Of a stretch of DNA of 32,000 nucleotides, positions 1 through 10,600 are shown piece after piece. The position numbers and the translations under genes were made by a program. The stretch is taken from positions 56,991 through 88,990 of the forward strand of contig NZ_JAQOSP010000148.1 in the NCBI RefSeq assembly GCF_030068475.1, read 5' to 3'. The notes below the pieces were generated by a model that was given only the letters and a program-made list of their open reading frames with translations, was not told where the DNA came from and ran no database searches. How positions within the stretch are numbered: the first letter of the stretch is position 1; the number at the start of each line of letters is the position of its first letter. The DNA is from Roseofilum acuticapitatum BLCC-M154 (GTDB taxonomy: Bacteria > Cyanobacteriota > Cyanobacteriia > Cyanobacteriales > Desertifilaceae).

Positions 1-1027
1 CAACAATATCCGACTTCAGAGAATACTGAACGATCAAGACATAGAAGACGGACAAAAAGACAACTACAGGAGTAATACTGTACTGACTACTTAACTGTTG
101 AACCGCAGACCAGGTACTAGCAGGGATTTGAAAAGATTTATGGTTACTTTCAAAGTCCGATGATAGCTGCAAATTATCAACGGGTACTGGATATAAAGTC
201 GAAACACCAGTTAGCTGCCGTTGCCAATAATTGAGTCCTTTTTCTAATACCTCGCCCTGCAACCACTGTCGCTGCCAAACCGCATAATCTCCATATTGAA
301 TCTCCAACTGGGCTAAAGGAGATGGCTGTTTCTCCAAAGAGGCATCATATAAAGTTAGCAGTTCCTGAGTTAATAAATTAATCGATAAACCATCACCAAT
401 AATATGATGATACACTAAAATCAAAGCGCCATCTGTATCGCCAAACCGTAGCCATTTCAAATTGCATAATGGAGCTTGAGCTAAATCAAAAGACCGTCGA
501 GATTCTTGGGCAATATTTTCCTCAATCAGATCGGCTATTTCAGATCCGCTTAAATTTGAATGATCTTCAACAACAATACTCACCTCTAGCTTAGGAATAG
601 ATACCTGAACTAAAGCCCCTTCAACTAAAGCAAAACTCGTTCTAAGTATCTCATGGCGATCGATAATTTGCTGCCAACTCTTTTGCAGCACTTGAATATT
701 GATTAAACCTTGAAGACGCACTGCTTGACATAGGTTAAGCGTTGCCTTTTCTGACATTAACTGGGCTACCGACCACAGACGCTCTTGCTGATAGGAGAGA
801 GTAAAGTTTCTATCCCTATGAACAGGTACTAACGGTCTAGAGTTAACATTAATACTACTACTTCTTTGCTGTAACAATTGTAGTAACTCAATCTTATTTT
901 CAGATAAAGTCTGTCTAATTTCTGCTGTTAAGGAACCCTTGGGAGCATTAACTTTGAGTTCATCACCCTCTGCCCAAACTTTAATACCTTGGCTAGAGAT
1001 TTTATATAAAAATTCTTTAATATTCAT
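1..1027 (-). CDS. Non-ribosomal peptide synthetase, 5' part only (N-terminal beta-hairpin/TubC-type docking domain + condensation domain); continues beyond left window edge
   Basis: My own minus-strand translation from the ATG at nt 1027-1025 reads MNIKEFLYKISSQGIKVWAEGDELKVNAPKGSLTAEIRQTLSENKIELLQLLQQRSS..., which resembles a docking domain. Condensation-domain sequence follows, with LSYQQERLW and the catalytic core HHIIGDG (nt 389-409). The frame stays open to nt 1. It is missing from the ORF track, probably because it is edge-truncated. It starts 42 nt after the upstream PKS stop on the same strand. Confidence 0.85.
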   Translation of the reverse strand, partial: MNIKEFLYKISSQGIKVWAEGDELKVNAPKGSLTAEIRQTLSENKIELLQLLQQRSSSINVNSRPLVPVHRDRNFTLSYQQERLWSVAQLMSEKATLNLCQAVRLQGLINIQVLQKSWQQIIDRHEILRTSFALVEGALVQVSIPKLEVSIVVEDHSNLSGSEIADLIEENIAQESRRSFDLAQAPLCNLKWLRFGDTDGALILVYHHIIGDGLSINLLTQELLTLYDASLEKQPSPLAQLEIQYGDYAVWQRQWLQGEVLEKGLNYWQRQLTGVSTLYPVPVDNLQLSSDFESNHKSFQIPASTWSAVQQLSSQYSITPVVVFLSVFYVLIVQYSLKSDIV

Positions 1028-1069
1028 GACTTAAGCATCCCCCATTTTTGATTCTTTATGATTCTGTTT

Positions 1070-4000
1070 TTATAAAGTTATTTCTTCTCGCTCTTCGTCT
1101 TCATCTATATTTTGAGCCTGCGAAATCGTTAAATCCGTAATTTGTTCGAGCAAAATTTTCTCCCCCACTAAGTTTGCTATTTGAACAATACTAATGCCAT
1201 CAATTATCCTTTCTAGAGGAAGATCGAATTCTAGTTCCCTCAGCAATAAGTTTCGCAATTCAACTGCCATTAATGAATCAACACCCATACTCGTTAAAGA
1301 TTGCTTGACTTCAATTTTAGCAGCAGTCATGCCCAAAAGAGAAGAAGTTTTATTGATCAGATAATTGAGTAATATTTTTTCTCCTTCCTCCGGTGGAGCA
1401 GATTTCAACTCTTCTAGAAGTTGTTGTGTATTTTCAGTTTCTGTTACTGATGAAATGAAAGCTTCCAAATAGGGCATTTTCTGCCCACCTAGTAACTCCC
1501 TTAAAAATTTTGACCAGTTAACGGGGAATACCCCGACTTGGGTTTGAGCGCCAGATAACAATGACTCTAATACTTGCATTCCCTGTTCGGGTTTAATAGG
1601 AACTATCCCAACGGTTTCCATTCGATTCTGATGTTCGCTGGCTAAACGAGCAGCCATGCCTCCTGCTGCCCAAGCCCCCCAGTTGATAGCCAATCCAGGT
1701 AATCCCATACCACGACGATAGTGAGCTACTGCATCCATAAAACCATTGGCAGCCGCATAGTTGCCTTGACCAGAATTCCCCAACATCGAAGCCATTGATG
1801 AGAAACAGACAAAGAAATCTAAGGGTAAATCTTTGGTCAGTTGATGCAAATGCCAAGTCCCTTGCACTTTAGGTTTCATCACTTTGGTGAACTGCTGCCA
1901 ACTGAGGTTTTGCACTAAGCCATCATCCAATACTCCCGCAGCATGAATCACTCCTTTGAGCGGGAACAAGGAAGTCTGTATCTGCTGGAAAATTTGAGCT
2001 ACATCTTTTTCAGTAGAGACATCACCTAACAATACCTTGACTGATGCTCCTGCTGTTTCTAACTCTTCGATAATTTTTTGTGCAGTTTCATTGGGAGATC
2101 TACGTCCAGTTAAAACAATTTGCTTGGCTCCCTTGGATACCATCCATTGGGCGACTTCTAAACCTAAAGCTCCTAACCCTCCTGTAATTAAATAACTTGC
2201 GTCTGGTTTGATTGATTTTTGGTCTTCTCCAGTTTCTGGCAGAGAAACGACTACTTTCCCAATATGCTTACCTTGTTGCATATATCGGAAGGCAGCTTTG
2301 ACTTCTGTACTTGGAAATACTTTATAAGGTAATGCTTTCAGTTTTCCTTGCTCGTACTGCTGGTTCAATGCTTCTGAAAATTCCGTAATTAAACTGGGTT
2401 GTTGTTGGATTGTCACTCCAATATCAAAAGGCAAGTATTCAACATCTGGGCGCTTTTCCATCACCTTTTGTTTATCCCAAATCCCTATTTTGCCAATTTC
2501 TACAAATCTACCTTGGGGAGCTAAAACAGCAAAACTCTTATCAATGAAGTCTCCATTGAGACTATTTAAAACGATATCTACACCTTTTCCCTGAGTAAGA
2601 CTCATCATTTCATCTGCAAACTCTAAAGTACGGGAATTCATAATATGTTTGACACCCATAGACTTGAGAAATTCCCACTTGGGAGGACTTGCTGTAGCGA
2701 ATACTTCTGCTCCTGCTTGGAGAGCAATTTGAACTGCTGCTTGCCCTACACCACCAGCCGCAGCATGAATTAATACTCGCTCTCCTGGCTGAATTTTAGC
2801 CAAGTGTTGTAACCCATAATAAGCTGTGGCAAAAGTCAAGGGTAAAGTGGCTGCTTCCGTAAAGCTCAAATTTTTCGGTTTAGCCATGACTAACTCAGCA
2901 GAAGTAGTAACAAAGCTACTAAAGCCATTGTGAACTATAGCCATCACTTCATCTCCCACCTGCCACTGAGAGACATTTTCTCCGACAGATGCAATACAAC
3001 CTACACATTCTAAGCCAAAGTTAAGTTGAGCTACGTCAGTAACACCTAATACCTGAACATAATAGTCTTTCAGTAAACCCAAGGAGTTGAGTACATCTCG
3101 GAAGTTTAAACCTGCGGCTTTGACTTCAATTTCTACTTCATTGGCTTGTGGAGTCCGGCGCTGCATTACTTGCCAGTTAAGGTTATCTATCAATCCATAT
3201 TCAGACAACTTCAATTCCACCGGTTGACTTTCTAATCCTAATTTTTCTTCTGAGCTAATTTTATGCTTTTGTTGTCGGATTAATCGTGCTACATAACGAA
3301 CTCCCTGACGAATTGCTATTTGGTCTTCATTATTTTGAGAAAATACTTCATCGACCAAACTGGGGAGCATTTCGGCAAAATTAGATTTGGGATCTAAGTC
3401 TATTCGTCCACACTTTAATTCTGGATGTTCTAGGTTAATCACACGCCCTAGTCCCCATAAACTTCCTTGTTGGGGTTGCACTACTTCTGCTGCATCCAAT
3501 ACACCCTGAGTCCCTTGAGTCACTAACCACATTGGTACTGTATGGGTTAATCGAGCTTGAATTAAGGCTTGCACTAAATGTAAAACTGTTGCACAACCAA
3601 GTTGTTGAGCTGTTTGTAAATCTACGGTTCCCGATAAATCAGTTTCATTTAGAGTCCATAAGTGCAAAATGCCCTGAATATCAGAATTATCTTGGAGCAG
3701 TTGAGAGAAGTGTTCGGCAACAGTGGGATTGATTTGATAATGTTGAGCATCTAACTGCTGATACTCGGATTTTTCTGGGGATACCCAAATATATTGCTGT
3801 CCTTTTTGTTGTAAATGTTGTCCGATAGACTCTACCCATTCATCAGTAAGCGCAAATACTAACCATTTACCAGAGGCGTTTTCATTAGATTTTGCGGTTT
3901 CTGTTAAAGATTGAGGTTCCCAGTTGATTTCGTAATACCAATCACTTAAATCTGAATCTAGAGTCATTAGTAATGTTTTGGGATTCGCTTTCCTACCCTC

Positions 4001-7000
4001 AAAACCCTTAACCTCAGCTACTAATTTTCCAGTTTGGTCAAATAATTGTATTTCGGCTTTGAGCAGTTTTTCTTCTGACGATCCTTCTTTTAATCCACGA
4101 GTATAACACCAAAGGAAACTATTCTCAGGGCGTTGATAAAAGGTAAACTTCTCTATACTGAAGGGCACAAAGGTTTCATGTTGGTCACCAGCAAGACTGA
4201 GGTTCAGTGCAGCTACTGACTGGAAACATGAGTCAAGTAAGGCGGGATGTATTTGATACTTTGCTGCATCTAAGATGGTCTCAGGGACTTTCATTTGACA
4301 CAGGATTTCTCCCTCTCCTAACCAGACTTGGTGTATCCATCTAAAACTTTGCCGTAATTGAACTTGTCTATCCCAAAGATTCTGGTAAATTTCTGTGCTT
4401 TCTATTTTTTGAGGACAACGAGATTGAATGACTTCTATTGTTTCTAGAGACTGTTTTTGCGAAGTATTAGTAGGAGCAATTTTTCCGGTAGCATGGACTG
4501 CCCAAGAATCACTATCAGATCTGTCAAAACTAATGACTTGAAATGAATAGTAGCTATTCTGTGGAGTAAGAGCTACCTGAACATTACGCATTCCTTGTTC
4601 GGGAATGGCTAAGGCTTGGGGAAACAGAATATCTTCCAGTTGACATCCGGTTGCAGAAAATGTGAGAGAGGCACTTGCTAACAAGAGAGAAATGTGACTC
4701 GCACCAGGGACGACAACTTTTTCATATATTCGGTGGTCTGCTAAAAAGGGTAAGGCATGGGTGCTAAACTCAGATTCAAAAAAGATATCTTTTGATAACG
4801 GAGATTGAAACTTTCGATCAATTAGGGGATGAAGTTTAGGTATAGAGATGGCTTGAGAATTGCCTGTTTCTACCCAATACCTTTCCCTCTGAAATGGATA
4901 AGTTGGCAAGATGACTTTCTGACGAACATAATCTCGGTCAAACCCTGACCAATCTACTTTAGCGCCCCGTACATACAACTGCCCTAAACTTGAGAGGATC
5001 TGTTGCCATTCATCGACTCCAGGACGTAGGGATGGTAACCAAATGCCGTTATTTTCTGGTAAACATTGACGAGCCATTCCTAACAATATGGGCTTGGGGC
5101 CAATTTCTAGGAATAATTCATATCCTTGCTCATTTAGAGTGTTCATACTCTGGGCAAATTTGACGGGTTGTCGGACATGGTTGACCCAATATTGAGCTGT
5201 AGCTATGTCTGAACCGACTTTTTGACCGGTGATATTTGATATGATGGGTAGTCGAGGCTGACTATAGGTGACTTGTTGAGCTACTGCTTCAAATTCTGCC
5301 AACATTGGCTCCATGAGTGGGGAATGGAAAGCATGGGAGACTTGTAAAGGCTTGGTTTTAATGCCTTGCGATTCTAATTGATTACAGAGGGTTGCGATCG
5401 CCTCACTATACCCGGAAATCACTATACTCTCCGGCCCATTTATGGCTGCAATTGTTACCTGTGAACTATACTCGCCTATAGCTTCTCTGACTTGAGCTTC
5501 TGATGCTAACAAAGACACCATTGCACCACCAGGGGGTAATTGTTGCATTAACCGTCCCCGCATGGCAATTAATTTTAGACCATCTTCTAAACTCAATACT
5601 CCTGCCACAGTTGCTGCTACATATTCCCCCACACTATGACCCATGACTGCATTGGGTTTAATTCCCCAAGATTCCCATAACTGAGCTAGGGCGTATTCTA
5701 GAGCAAATAAAGCTGGTTGGGTATAAGCAGTTTGGTCTAATACACTAGACTTTTGTTCATCTTGAGGGTAGAGAACTTCTAATAGAGGGACTTCTAGATA
5801 AGCTTGTAAAATTTGGTCGCATCGATCTAAAGCTTGACGGAAAGTTGGCACAGTTTCATAGAGTTGCTTTCCCATATTCACATACTGGGAACCTTGACCG
5901 GTGAAGAGGAACGCTATTTTTGGACTTTGGCTACTTCCATCGAGTTGTCCAGAAAATCCTCCTAGGATTTCTTTCTTCGTTTTCCAGTCCACCAGTTTTT
6001 CTGTTAATTCCTTTTGCTCAGAAGCAAGAATTGCTAGTCGATGATTAAAATGCGCTCTACCTGTATTAGCTGTATAACATATATCTGCTAGGGGTAACTC
6101 TGAATGGTTTTCTAAATAGTTTTGATAACGACTAACTAAATTTTCTAAAGCTTGTTCTGTTTTAGCTGAGAGCGTCAAGAGATGAATAGGACGTTTTAAG
6201 TCATCTTCACGGTTGTCTTCTCTTGGTGCTTCTTCTAAAATGATGTGAGCATTAGTGCCACTAATTGCAAAAGAGCTTACTCCTGCCACTCTTTTGTCTG
6301 CTGATGAGAGCCAAGGGGTGAGTTGAGTCGGGACTTTTAAAGGTATATTCTCCCAATCAATATAGGGACTAGGATGAGTAAAATGAAGATTAGGGGTGAT
6401 TTGTTGATGTTGTAGTTGCAAAACGACCTTGATCGCACCAGCAATGCCAGCAGCAGCTTCTAAATGACCGATATTCGTTTTAACTGAAGCGATATGCAAT
6501 GGATTTTGGCGATCGCGTCCCGGCCCAAATACGCTACTTAAAGCTCTCACTTCCATCGGGTCTCCAAGGGAAGTTCCCGTACCATGAGCTTCCACATAAC
6601 TCACTTGAGCCGCTTCTACTTTGGCTGCTTTCAGAGCTTGCTGAATCAGTTTTTCCTGAGCCAGTTTATTCGGTACAGTCAGTCCGCTACTCGGCCCATC
6701 ATGATTAACCGCAGAACCCCGAATGACTGCCTGGATATTGTCCCCATCCTTGAGTGCATCCGATAAACGCTTCAGCACCAGAATGCCACATCCCTCTCCC
6801 CGACCATAACCATCAGCAGCAGCATCAAACGTTTTACACTTGCCATCGGGTGATAGGGCCTTTAATTTTGAGAGTGCAGTGGTCACTTGAGGAGAGAGAA
6901 TGAGTTGAACCCCTCCAGCTAAAGCCAGATTAGATTCACCCTGACGCAGACTCTGACAAGCTTCATGTATAGCAACCAAAGACGATGAACAAGCGGTATC

Positions 7001-7609
7001 TATTGCCATCGATGGGCCTTGCAATCCTAAAAAGTAAGATAACCGACCTGCGGCAAAACAAAACCCATTTCCAGTAGCATCATAAGGGCTAATATTTTCA
7101 ACTTGGTTCAAACCCAAGTTCGCATAATCATTTTGACCAATACCCAGAAATACTCCGGTCTGGGTATTTTCTAATTCCTGGGGATTAATACCCGCTCTTT
7201 CTAAAGCTTCCCAAGTTACTTCTAAAATAAACCGTTGCTGTGGATCGAGGCTGTGTGCTTCTTTGCCAGAGATACCAAAAAATTGCGGATCGAACCGATC
7301 GACCTGCTCCACTAATGCTGCATGACGAATATACATTTTCCCTGGAGCATCGGGGTTGGGGTCGTAGTAAGAATCTATATCCCAACGTTCTAAGGGAATC
7401 TCTCTAACCGAGTCTTTCCCCTGAGACAATAGTTCCCAGAATAGCTCTGGTGTGTTGGCATTGCCTGGAAACCGACAACCGATACCGACGATCGCGATCG
7501 CCTCACTTTTTGAACGCTCCATCATCTCCAACTTAGTTTCAGCTTGCTTTAAAGCTAAAAACATCTGTTTGGATAATGAGAGTTCCTCTTTTTTCGTCGT
7601 CGGTTCCAT
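1070..7609 (-). CDS. Type I modular polyketide synthase, fully reducing module: KS-AT-DH-ER-KR-ACP with N- and C-terminal docking regions
   Basis: 2179-aa ORF. KS: DTACSSS (Cys207, nt 6989-6991), EAHGTGT, TNIGHLE. AT: GHSVGE and VSHAFHS (HAFH, malonyl-type). DH: HPLIDR...LADHRIYEKVVVPGA (about nt 4700-4745) and LLDSCFQ. ER: LIHAAAGGVGQ (about nt 2745-2780). KR: YLITGGLGALG, HAAGVLDDG (LDD, B-type), GNYAAAN. ACP: GVDSLMAVEL (about nt 1265-1290). The tail is acidic: ...EDEEREEITL. Confidence 0.95.
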   Translation of the reverse strand: MEPTTKKEELSLSKQMFLALKQAETKLEMMERSKSEAIAIVGIGCRFPGNANTPELFWELLSQGKDSVREIPLERWDIDSYYDPNPDAPGKMYIRHAALVEQVDRFDPQFFGISGKEAHSLDPQQRFILEVTWEALERAGINPQELENTQTGVFLGIGQNDYANLGLNQVENISPYDATGNGFCFAAGRLSYFLGLQGPSMAIDTACSSSLVAIHEACQSLRQGESNLALAGGVQLILSPQVTTALSKLKALSPDGKCKTFDAAADGYGRGEGCGILVLKRLSDALKDGDNIQAVIRGSAVNHDGPSSGLTVPNKLAQEKLIQQALKAAKVEAAQVSYVEAHGTGTSLGDPMEVRALSSVFGPGRDRQNPLHIASVKTNIGHLEAAAGIAGAIKVVLQLQHQQITPNLHFTHPSPYIDWENIPLKVPTQLTPWLSSADKRVAGVSSFAISGTNAHIILEEAPREDNREDDLKRPIHLLTLSAKTEQALENLVSRYQNYLENHSELPLADICYTANTGRAHFNHRLAILASEQKELTEKLVDWKTKKEILGGFSGQLDGSSQSPKIAFLFTGQGSQYVNMGKQLYETVPTFRQALDRCDQILQAYLEVPLLEVLYPQDEQKSSVLDQTAYTQPALFALEYALAQLWESWGIKPNAVMGHSVGEYVAATVAGVLSLEDGLKLIAMRGRLMQQLPPGGAMVSLLASEAQVREAIGEYSSQVTIAAINGPESIVISGYSEAIATLCNQLESQGIKTKPLQVSHAFHSPLMEPMLAEFEAVAQQVTYSQPRLPIISNITGQKVGSDIATAQYWVNHVRQPVKFAQSMNTLNEQGYELFLEIGPKPILLGMARQCLPENNGIWLPSLRPGVDEWQQILSSLGQLYVRGAKVDWSGFDRDYVRQKVILPTYPFQRERYWVETGNSQAISIPKLHPLIDRKFQSPLSKDIFFESEFSTHALPFLADHRIYEKVVVPGASHISLLLASASLTFSATGCQLEDILFPQALAIPEQGMRNVQVALTPQNSYYSFQVISFDRSDSDSWAVHATGKIAPTNTSQKQSLETIEVIQSRCPQKIESTEIYQNLWDRQVQLRQSFRWIHQVWLGEGEILCQMKVPETILDAAKYQIHPALLDSCFQSVAALNLSLAGDQHETFVPFSIEKFTFYQRPENSFLWCYTRGLKEGSSEEKLLKAEIQLFDQTGKLVAEVKGFEGRKANPKTLLMTLDSDLSDWYYEINWEPQSLTETAKSNENASGKWLVFALTDEWVESIGQHLQQKGQQYIWVSPEKSEYQQLDAQHYQINPTVAEHFSQLLQDNSDIQGILHLWTLNETDLSGTVDLQTAQQLGCATVLHLVQALIQARLTHTVPMWLVTQGTQGVLDAAEVVQPQQGSLWGLGRVINLEHPELKCGRIDLDPKSNFAEMLPSLVDEVFSQNNEDQIAIRQGVRYVARLIRQQKHKISSEEKLGLESQPVELKLSEYGLIDNLNWQVMQRRTPQANEVEIEVKAAGLNFRDVLNSLGLLKDYYVQVLGVTDVAQLNFGLECVGCIASVGENVSQWQVGDEVMAIVHNGFSSFVTTSAELVMAKPKNLSFTEAATLPLTFATAYYGLQHLAKIQPGERVLIHAAAGGVGQAAVQIALQAGAEVFATASPPKWEFLKSMGVKHIMNSRTLEFADEMMSLTQGKGVDIVLNSLNGDFIDKSFAVLAPQGRFVEIGKIGIWDKQKVMEKRPDVEYLPFDIGVTIQQQPSLITEFSEALNQQYEQGKLKALPYKVFPSTEVKAAFRYMQQGKHIGKVVVSLPETGEDQKSIKPDASYLITGGLGALGLEVAQWMVSKGAKQIVLTGRRSPNETAQKIIEELETAGASVKVLLGDVSTEKDVAQIFQQIQTSLFPLKGVIHAAGVLDDGLVQNLSWQQFTKVMKPKVQGTWHLHQLTKDLPLDFFVCFSSMASMLGNSGQGNYAAANGFMDAVAHYRRGMGLPGLAINWGAWAAGGMAARLASEHQNRMETVGIVPIKPEQGMQVLESLLSGAQTQVGVFPVNWSKFLRELLGGQKMPYLEAFISSVTETENTQQLLEELKSAPPEEGEKILLNYLINKTSSLLGMTAAKIEVKQSLTSMGVDSLMAVELRNLLLRELEFDLPLERIIDGISIVQIANLVGEKILLEQITDLTISQAQNIDEDEEREEITL

Positions 7610-7641
7610 AAAATCTTAGCCTTCACTTATATTTTTTGACT

Positions 7642-10600
7642 TTAGAGCATATTCTTGAGTTTTTCGAGTTGTTGAGCGGCTAGTGCTTCAAAATCCTCTT
7701 CTGAAATATCTTCAAGATCTGGCAATGATTCAGCCCCTATTTCTGATGGATTTCTTGGGTTCAGTCCATCAGAAAGTATCCCATTTTCTGTTGGCTTCCA
7801 TTCCATTAACTCCTCTACATATAAAGACAATTTAGCAATTGTGGGATATTCCATCGCTACGGTCTCAGGTAAATGAGTACCTAATTGATTTTGCAGTCTA
7901 TTTTTTAATTCCACCGCCATTAAAGAATCCATGCCCATTTCCATAAATCCTACATTGACTTCTGGTAATTGGGATGAACTTAAACCTAACACCTGAACCA
8001 CTTGCCCTCGAATGTGTTCAATTAAAATTTCTTGACGTTCCTCTCGTGATGCTGCCTCTAATTTTGCTAAAATTTCGACTTTGGCTTTCTGCTTTAGTGC
8101 ATCATGTTCTGCCAAGTCTTCCTTCTGCAATAATTCTCGTAGTAACGAACTTTTTTGCAGACCACTCCAATGCTCTGCCAATACCGACCAGTTTACAGCT
8201 ATTACACCGACCTGACCAGGAACAGGGCAGCATTCTCTAACTTCCCCCTTTCTAAGGGGGACTGGAGGGGGATCTGCAATTTGATTTCCTAACAGTAACT
8301 CCAACGCATACATACCTTCTTTAGGGGACATCTCACTTATGCCACTGCTCTGAATTCGGTTTTGATGCTCCACTGCTAAACGAGCAGCCATGCCCTCAGA
8401 TGCCCAGGCTCCCCAATTAATCGCTAGTCCTGATAATCCTATGCTCCGACGATAACCCACTAAAGCATCCATAAAGGCATTGGCCGCCGCATAATTACCT
8501 TGACCAGGAGAACCGATTAGGGAAACCATTGAGGAGAAACAGACAAAGAAATCTAGGGGCAGATTTTGAGTTAATTGATGTAAGTTCCAAGTTCCTATCA
8601 CCTTGGGCGACATGACTTGGCCAAAACGCTCCCAATTCATCTGTTGTATGGTTCCATCATCTAGCACTCCTGCTGCATGAATGATTCCTTTGAGGCTTGG
8701 CATTGAGGTCTGAATCTGCTCCAGAATTTGGGCTATCTCTTCTTTTCTAGAAACATCCCCTAATAAAACATTGACTTGGCATCCTGCTTGTTCTAACTGT
8801 TGTATGGATTCTTGGACTTTTTCTGAAGGCGGGCGGCGACCAGTTAAGATAATATTTTTAGCTCCTTTTTCTACCAACCCTTGAGCGGTATGTAATCCTA
8901 ATGCTCCTAATCCTCCGGTTATTAGGTAACTACCCTCTGATGATAAGGATAGGGGTTGAGGAAATTCTGGAGGTTCTTGGTTTGCCAGACGAGCTACATA
9001 GGTTTTGTCTCCCCGTAAGGCTAGATTATCTTCTTCGGGTTCATTCCCTAATAATTGCCACAGCATTTCTATTTCGTCTGCTGCGGTCGCTTGTGGGTCT
9101 AGATCTACTAATCCTCCCCATAATTGGGGATGCTCTATCGACATTGCTCGACCTAATCCCCACAGGGGCGATGCGGCTAATCCTGGTATATTTTTCTCTT
9201 GGGATAAGACGGACTGAGAGCCACGAGTTACTAACCACAGTTGGGAGGTGCTGGCGTTTTTCAATAAGGTTTGTACCAGGTGCATCACGCTGCCACATCC
9301 CCATAATTGGGTTTCTTGTAGAGCATCAAGGGTTAAATCTTTGGATTCTGGAGTGTCTAAACTCCACAAATGAATGAACCTTGATAAGGGCAGTTGACCA
9401 GCTTCTTGAATTTCTTGATACAGTTGGTCAAATTCTTCGGGAATAGAAGGATTGAGTTGATATTTTCCGGCGGCTTGTTTTTGATAGCTCTCTGCTCGAT
9501 AAACTAAGCTGTATTGATGACCTTGTTGTTGGAGTTTTTGGGCGAATTTTTCGGCTACGCCTGTGGTATCTGCAAAAACCAACCAGTGACTGGGTTGCAT
9601 TTTTGTATTTGAGCCAGCTCTATCTAAAGGTTTCCATTGAACTTCATAGAACCAGTTTTTGATCGTGACTGCCGCTAATTGTTCCTGATGTTGTTTCGCT
9701 AATACCTCTAATAGCTCTGGTAAAAGTTTAAGCTGTTCTGGTGAAAAGTTTACGGCTTTTTCGAGTTGTTGAGCGAGATCTGTTGTTTTTCCTTCACTGA
9801 GTAATTTTACAATTGGGGTCTCAATGATTTTACTGGATACTTGAGGTTCCTTTGGTTGATTTACTTCTACCCAGCAGCGTTCTCGCTGGAATGGATAAGT
9901 AGGCAATGCTACTTTCTGACGAGTATAATCCTGGTCAAAACCAGACCAATTTACCGTTATTCCTTTGACATACAATTGCCCTAAGCTGGATAGCATCTGT
10001 TGCCATTCTTCTACACCAGGACGTAATGAGGGTAACCATACTCCTACATCTTCTGGTAGACATCGAGACCCCATGCCGAGCAAAACGGGTTTCGGCCCGA
10101 TTTCCAAGAACAGTTCATTTCCTTGCTCGTGCAAGGTTTTTATACTTTGAGCAAACTGTACGGGTTGTCGAATATGATTGACCCAATATTCTGCCTGAGT
10201 GACTTCATTTCCTGCTTTTTGCCCAGTTACATTTGATATGAACTTGATTTTCGGTTGACGATAGGTTACTTCCTGAGCGACTGCTGCAAACTCGGCTAAC
10301 ATTGGCTCCATTAGTGGGGAATGAAAAGCATGGGAGACTTTTAATGGCTGGGTTTTAACTCCCTGTGATTCTAATCGAGTACAGATGGTGGCGATCGCCT
10401 CACTCTCCCCAGAAATCACCATACTTTCCGGGCCGTTGATCGCTGCTATGGTTACCTTTGAACTCTTGTCACCTATAGCATTTGTTACCACAGACTCCGA
10501 TGACATCACTGCCACCATCTCTCCACCAGAGGGCAACTGTTGCATCAACCGTCCCCGCATGGCAATTAACTTCAGACCATCTTCTAAACTGAAAACTCCT

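Noticed and set aside
8901-9377. 158-aa plus-strand ORF, plus many other 60-100-aa ORFs inside the PKS genes (1593-1856, 3532-3732, 6499-6766, 7974-8240, 9005-9304, 9965-10150, 10385-10636, 12553-12983, 13893-14081, 17895-18388)
   Set aside because: All lie antisense to or out of frame with long, motif-rich PKS reading frames. Their translations are low-complexity with no recognisable motifs, so they are shadow ORFs.
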